Shown here: piece by piece, positions 48,070 through 51,420 of the stretch
How the letters are laid out: each line of letters opens with the position of its first letter
How positions within the stretch are numbered: the stretch's first letter is position 1
Origin: Bacteroidales bacterium
GTDB taxonomy: Bacteria > Bacteroidota > Bacteroidia > Bacteroidales > UBA12077
Reading direction: 5' to 3'
DNA length: 51,420 nucleotides
NCBI GenBank assembly: GCA_018334875.1
Contig: JAGXLC010000001.1
Coordinates: 1 to 51,420 of the forward strand
Translations under genes and position numbers: made by a program
The notes under the pieces: model-generated
What the model saw: only the letters and a program-made list of their open reading frames with translations
What the model was told of the DNA's origin: nothing
The model's database searches: none

Positions 48070-49179
48070 ATGAAAAAATATGCATTTTTACTGATTGTAG
48101 CGTTTGTTGTTCCCTCTGCTGCTTTTTCCCAGAAAGAAGGAAATTGGGAAAATGAAGAGAAAAGAGATCTTAATAATTTGGTTTTAACCCATCCGACGGT
48201 ATCCAACCTGAAAGCCATTGGCAATTTAATTGACAACGGGTTAATAGATATGGAAAACTACCGAATTACAGGGGTTTATCATGCAGACGAACGGTATGAT
48301 TATAAGGATTCCCGGAAATATATCGATACCGCTTCTATTCTGAGTGTAGATATATATCTTCATGAGTTTAGCGATACCATTCATCCGGGCTTGCTTTTCA
48401 GGCAAAATGCCCTGACCGATGATTATAAGAAGATTTTTAAGCATTCAGAAGGTGTTGTGTTTTTCGGAGGCCCTGACCTTCCGCCGGAAGTTTATAACGA
48501 GAAAACCAGCCTGCTTACTTCCATTTATGATCCTCACCGGCATTATTTTGAACTCTCTTTTCTTTTCCATCTTTTAGGAGGATTTCAGAATGAAGATTTT
48601 GAGCCCCTTCTCAATCAAAATCCTGATTATTTGATTTATGGGTTTTGTCTTGGCTTGCAAACCATGAATGTTGCTACCGGCGGAACGCTGATTCAGGATA
48701 TTCCCTCGGAGATTTATGAGATGAATTATGTAGAGGATGTTTTGAAACTGGACCCCAACCGGCTGCATCGAAATTATCACAAAAGGATCAGCATGGCCAG
48801 TGACCTGTTGAGCGGACATTTTCACAGGATTCATTTTCAATCCACCCGCTATTTCAATGAATTGCATACTGAAAATTCCACACCCTCTGTGTACAGCAAC
48901 CATCATCAGGCGGTGAAAGATATAGGAAAAGGGTTTAAAGTAATTGCTGCTTCTATGGATGGTAGAATTGCAGAAGCGATCCAACATGAAAAATACAGCA
49001 ATGTATTGGGTGTCCAGTTTCATCCGGAAGCTGCATTTCTTTATGATGACGGAGAAAATTTTCGTCTTACGCCGGAGGATTCCGTATCTTTTACCGGGCC
49101 ACAGATACTTCAGGAAACCCACAGTATGGAGTTTCACAGAAAATTTTGGGAGAATTTTCAGCAGAGGCTGAATGAATAA
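48070..49179 (+). CDS. peptidase C26 / class-I glutamine amidotransferase-like gamma-glutamyl hydrolase with signal peptide
   Basis: Signal peptide MKKYAFLLIVAFVVPSAAFSQ, nucleophile elbow GFCLGLQ, HHQAV, and GVQFHPE (His/Glu of the triad). Confidence 0.8.
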   Translation: MKKYAFLLIVAFVVPSAAFSQKEGNWENEEKRDLNNLVLTHPTVSNLKAIGNLIDNGLIDMENYRITGVYHADERYDYKDSRKYIDTASILSVDIYLHEFSDTIHPGLLFRQNALTDDYKKIFKHSEGVVFFGGPDLPPEVYNEKTSLLTSIYDPHRHYFELSFLFHLLGGFQNEDFEPLLNQNPDYLIYGFCLGLQTMNVATGGTLIQDIPSEIYEMNYVEDVLKLDPNRLHRNYHKRISMASDLLSGHFHRIHFQSTRYFNELHTENSTPSVYSNHHQAVKDIGKGFKVIAASMDGRIAEAIQHEKYSNVLGVQFHPEAAFLYDDGENFRLTPEDSVSFTGPQILQETHSMEFHRKFWENFQQRLNE

Positions 49180-49627
49180 AGGGATTTATACATTATTTCC
49201 CCTACTAAATCAACCAGATTCAATTCAGAAATTGACAGATGCAATCCAACAACTGAAAGATTCAATTCCAGAAAAGATAGATACGATCCAATAACCGACA
49301 GCTTTAATTCAAGCAGAGACAAATAGGATTCAAAAACTGACAGAGGCAATTCAAGCAGTGACAGATGCAATTCAATAACAGAAAGATTCAGTTAAAATAA
49401 TGCCAGAATCAATTCAACAACCGAAAGATCCGATTTAAGCAATGAACGATCCAATTCAGGAATTGTCAGACTCAATTCAACTGCTGACGGACTCAATTCA
49501 GGCAATAAAAGATTGAATTCAATGATTTACAGGCCCAATTCAGAAAATGACAGATAAGGTCCAAGAAGTGACTGACTGTTTTCAACAGCCGACAGAGGCA
49601 ATTCAGACAAGGATCAATCCCATTTAA
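49172..49627 (+). pseudogene. stop-interrupted heptad-repeat (coiled-coil-like) reading frame; the first 40 codons (49172-49294) form an intact small ORF
   Basis: A single frame from the ATG at 49172 reads IQxLTD(S/A) heptads throughout. The ATG overlaps the upstream stop (..AATGAATAA). In-frame stops lie at 49292, 49376, 49436, 49514, 49523 and 49625. Confidence 0.4.
49221..49619. repeat. tandem array of ~19 diverged 21-bp units, consensus CAATTCArnnAnTGACAGAtn
   Basis: Unit boundaries fall at 49221+21n without any indel. Examples are CAATTCAGAAATTGACAGATG (49221), CAATTCAAGCAGTGACAGATG (49347) and CAATTCAACTGCTGACGGACT (49473). Confidence 0.9.
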
Positions 49628-49630
49628 CCC

Positions 49631-49650
49631 GAATAATTCAAGAATTATTC
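49631..49650. repeat. 20-nt AT-rich palindrome GAATAATTC-AA-GAATTATTC
   Basis: Perfect 9-bp arms, 3 nt after the last stop of the heptad frame. Related to the palindrome at 31985-32004. Confidence 0.6.
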
Positions 49651-49886
49651 CTGTCTCCGACAGCGACTCAGTTCACTAAAAATTTTTTCAAAAATTTAAG
49701 TTTCCCGAATCAATGTCGGGACAGGCTACCTAAGTCGGGGTTAACACGCATTATAATATAGCTTACCACCGCAGGGTTTCTCCGTTTGCCCATTGCCCAC
49801 TGCCATTTGCCCACTCGATATAATCGATTTGATAAATTGCATATTTTTGGTGGATCTTTTAAGCATCTATCTCAAAAAAATCTTTT

Positions 49887-51362
49887 TTAGCGTTTGAAGT
49901 CCAATACTGCATTGTAATCTAAGTCACTGTTATGCGGGCGAATGGCAGCGCCCATTTTCGAGAAATTGCCCAGTAGGACCTTCCGGTGACCAAGAGATGG
50001 AACAAATTTGTCTACCAGTAAATTAAGCACTACGTCAAAGCCATTATTATTACTATAGTCGCAGGCTTCTGCATCATAGTCTTTCCTGCAGCTTATTCTG
50101 TCATGCCCTTTTAGTCCTCTTTCTCCGGCTTCAACTGCCCAGCATTCAGCGGTTTTAAATAACTGGTGATCGGGTTTGAGAATATTCTGAGGTTCCATCT
50201 CAGCCAGTTTTCTGAAAAGGCTCATGTAATAGAAACTGTTTGAGGTTTCTTCCTCGTAAGTTCGGTTGAAATAGGTTAGGTTCTTGTCATATAATTTGTA
50301 ACGAATCAGGCCCTGGCCGGAACGGGTTCCGATGAATTTGCTGATGTTGTTCAACGTTAAGAGCTCCTGCCGGTTTTGTTCCAGATGGTTGTATAAACCG
50401 GTATAATCGATATTGAAACGGTATCTCTGGCCGCCATGATTATTTGGCATCGTTTTCTTTTCAATAAACCTTTTTTCAATATTTTTCGGTAATTCATCCA
50501 TGTAGATCCTATGGACCGGCAGATTATAAAATTCTTCTTTAGTAAGGGATTGGTTATAATTTTCTACCCTCAGTGTATCATACACCGGAATAATCACTTC
50601 AATCTCTCCGTGATATTTCACATGGAGCCGTGGTTTAATAAAGGTTTGGAGGAAGAGATCCGGATTCATCCGAATGAGATTCAGATAATAATATATCATC
50701 TTTTCTTCTTTGGTGAGGTAATCCTCATCCTTAGCGGTGTTGGCCAGCCGGTATTTGGGGTTGTCCCATTTATGCAAACGCTCTTCCTGCTGCTTATAAT
50801 GTTTTTCGATAAGTTTCTCAATTTCCCTGCTGTAATACTCCTCATAATCTTTTTCCTGAATGATGTTTGATCTCAGGGTTTTCAGAAAGTGTTCGTCATT
50901 GAAGGCATAGTGATTGACAAATATTGGATCTGAACCGTCGAAAGTTTGATGCATTGCATCAAAATATTTTTCCCCCCGTTTTTTTTGAAATCCTGAGTTG
51001 TACCCTTTTTCTGCTTTCTCAAAAATGGTTTGCTGGATTTTGCGCATCTCTTCTTTAAAAAAGCCGGGGTCGTCTATAGCTGTATTTCCAATTTTTTTAT
51101 TTGCTTTCCTTAATATCTCGAGGGTATAAAGCAGGGGATCGTCTTTGGCCTTCTTTACTTCCCGGTTATCCGGCATGCTGTAAAATGATAAAGCCTGGAA
51201 GATCAATCCGTAGGCATCGTTCCTGTCAGCCGAAGATTGATAGCATTCCTGATAATCCTGATTTTGATATAAAGTTTTTAGATTTTCGTAATGGCCATTC
51301 TGGGCATAGTTCGTTCCCAGGCTCCCCGATACAATAAATATAATCAGTATGAGTCGTAACAT
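49887..51362 (-). CDS. secreted protein with C-terminal CAP/SCP (PR-1-like) domain
   Basis: Signal peptide MLRLILIIFIVSGSLGTNYAQ. C-terminal ...ECWAVEAGERGLKGHD ... LGHRKVLLGNFSKMGAAI resembles the CAP-domain GHxxN(I/L)L signature. The N-terminal ~330 aa are not recognised. Confidence 0.55.
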   Translation of the reverse strand: MLRLILIIFIVSGSLGTNYAQNGHYENLKTLYQNQDYQECYQSSADRNDAYGLIFQALSFYSMPDNREVKKAKDDPLLYTLEILRKANKKIGNTAIDDPGFFKEEMRKIQQTIFEKAEKGYNSGFQKKRGEKYFDAMHQTFDGSDPIFVNHYAFNDEHFLKTLRSNIIQEKDYEEYYSREIEKLIEKHYKQQEERLHKWDNPKYRLANTAKDEDYLTKEEKMIYYYLNLIRMNPDLFLQTFIKPRLHVKYHGEIEVIIPVYDTLRVENYNQSLTKEEFYNLPVHRIYMDELPKNIEKRFIEKKTMPNNHGGQRYRFNIDYTGLYNHLEQNRQELLTLNNISKFIGTRSGQGLIRYKLYDKNLTYFNRTYEEETSNSFYYMSLFRKLAEMEPQNILKPDHQLFKTAECWAVEAGERGLKGHDRISCRKDYDAEACDYSNNNGFDVVLNLLVDKFVPSLGHRKVLLGNFSKMGAAIRPHNSDLDYNAVLDFKR

Positions 51363-51420
51363 TCCTTTGCTTAATTTAAAGGTTTCTATTTTTAACGAAA
51401 AAAGAAACCAGTTGTTTTAT

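Noticed and set aside
49158-49370. 70-aa minus-strand ORF with LSxLELx heptads
   Set aside because: It is the antisense reading of the 21-bp array and overlaps the 3' end of the C26 hydrolase gene. It covers only part of the array, and the plus-strand frame gives a far more protein-like a/d heptad pattern.
49221-49619. Possible CRISPR array
   Set aside because: The units are contiguous with a 21-bp period and no spacers. They are diverged rather than near-identical. No cas genes or leader are present.

Overview
This 51.4-kb window reads as an ordinary core-chromosome segment of a Bacteroidota genome, about 40% GC by eye. The phylum call rests on several observations. There is a T9SS type-B (gliding-motility CTD) sorting domain. 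There are Bacteroidota-typical families (DUF6089 pair, DUF5683, DUF5686, DUF4290), and this family recognition is from memory. The pdxJ-CBS-nadK-DUF6089-uppS-bamA-ompH-ompH-murI and parA-parB-DUF5683-mltD gene orders fit the phylum. TAnnTTTG -7 boxes recur in front of genes.

I call about 45 CDS and one tRNA-His. Most are housekeeping: envelope biogenesis (uppS, bamA, skp/ompH x2, murI, murA), DNA repair and partitioning (uvrB, pcrA/uvrD, recJ, parAB), chaperones (grpE-dnaJ), and cofactors (pdxJ, nadK, lipA, lipB). I see no transposase, integrase, CRISPR/cas, toxin-antitoxin or recognisable defence genes. I therefore cannot honestly claim a clear novel multi-gene system.

The features least explained by ordinary annotation are:
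1. A strictly phased 21-bp x ~19 tandem array at 49221-49619. In one frame it encodes canonical IQxLTDS heptads, interrupted by five in-frame stops and no frameshift.
2. A tight SGNH-SGNH-MBOAT operon directly downstream of an MltD-like lytic transglycosylase. It looks like a PatA/PatB/Ape-type peptidoglycan O-acetylation module.
3. A translationally overlapping pair of predicted outer-membrane barrels at 41743-44617. The large one carries a ComEA-like helix-hairpin-helix module, and the pair is convergent with recJ.
4. A stand-alone EF-G paralogue whose switch-II catalytic His is replaced (DAPGGDEF).
5. A ~142-nt long hairpin element after the pseudouridine synthase gene.

All family assignments come from motif recognition in the supplied translations. 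No database search was possible.
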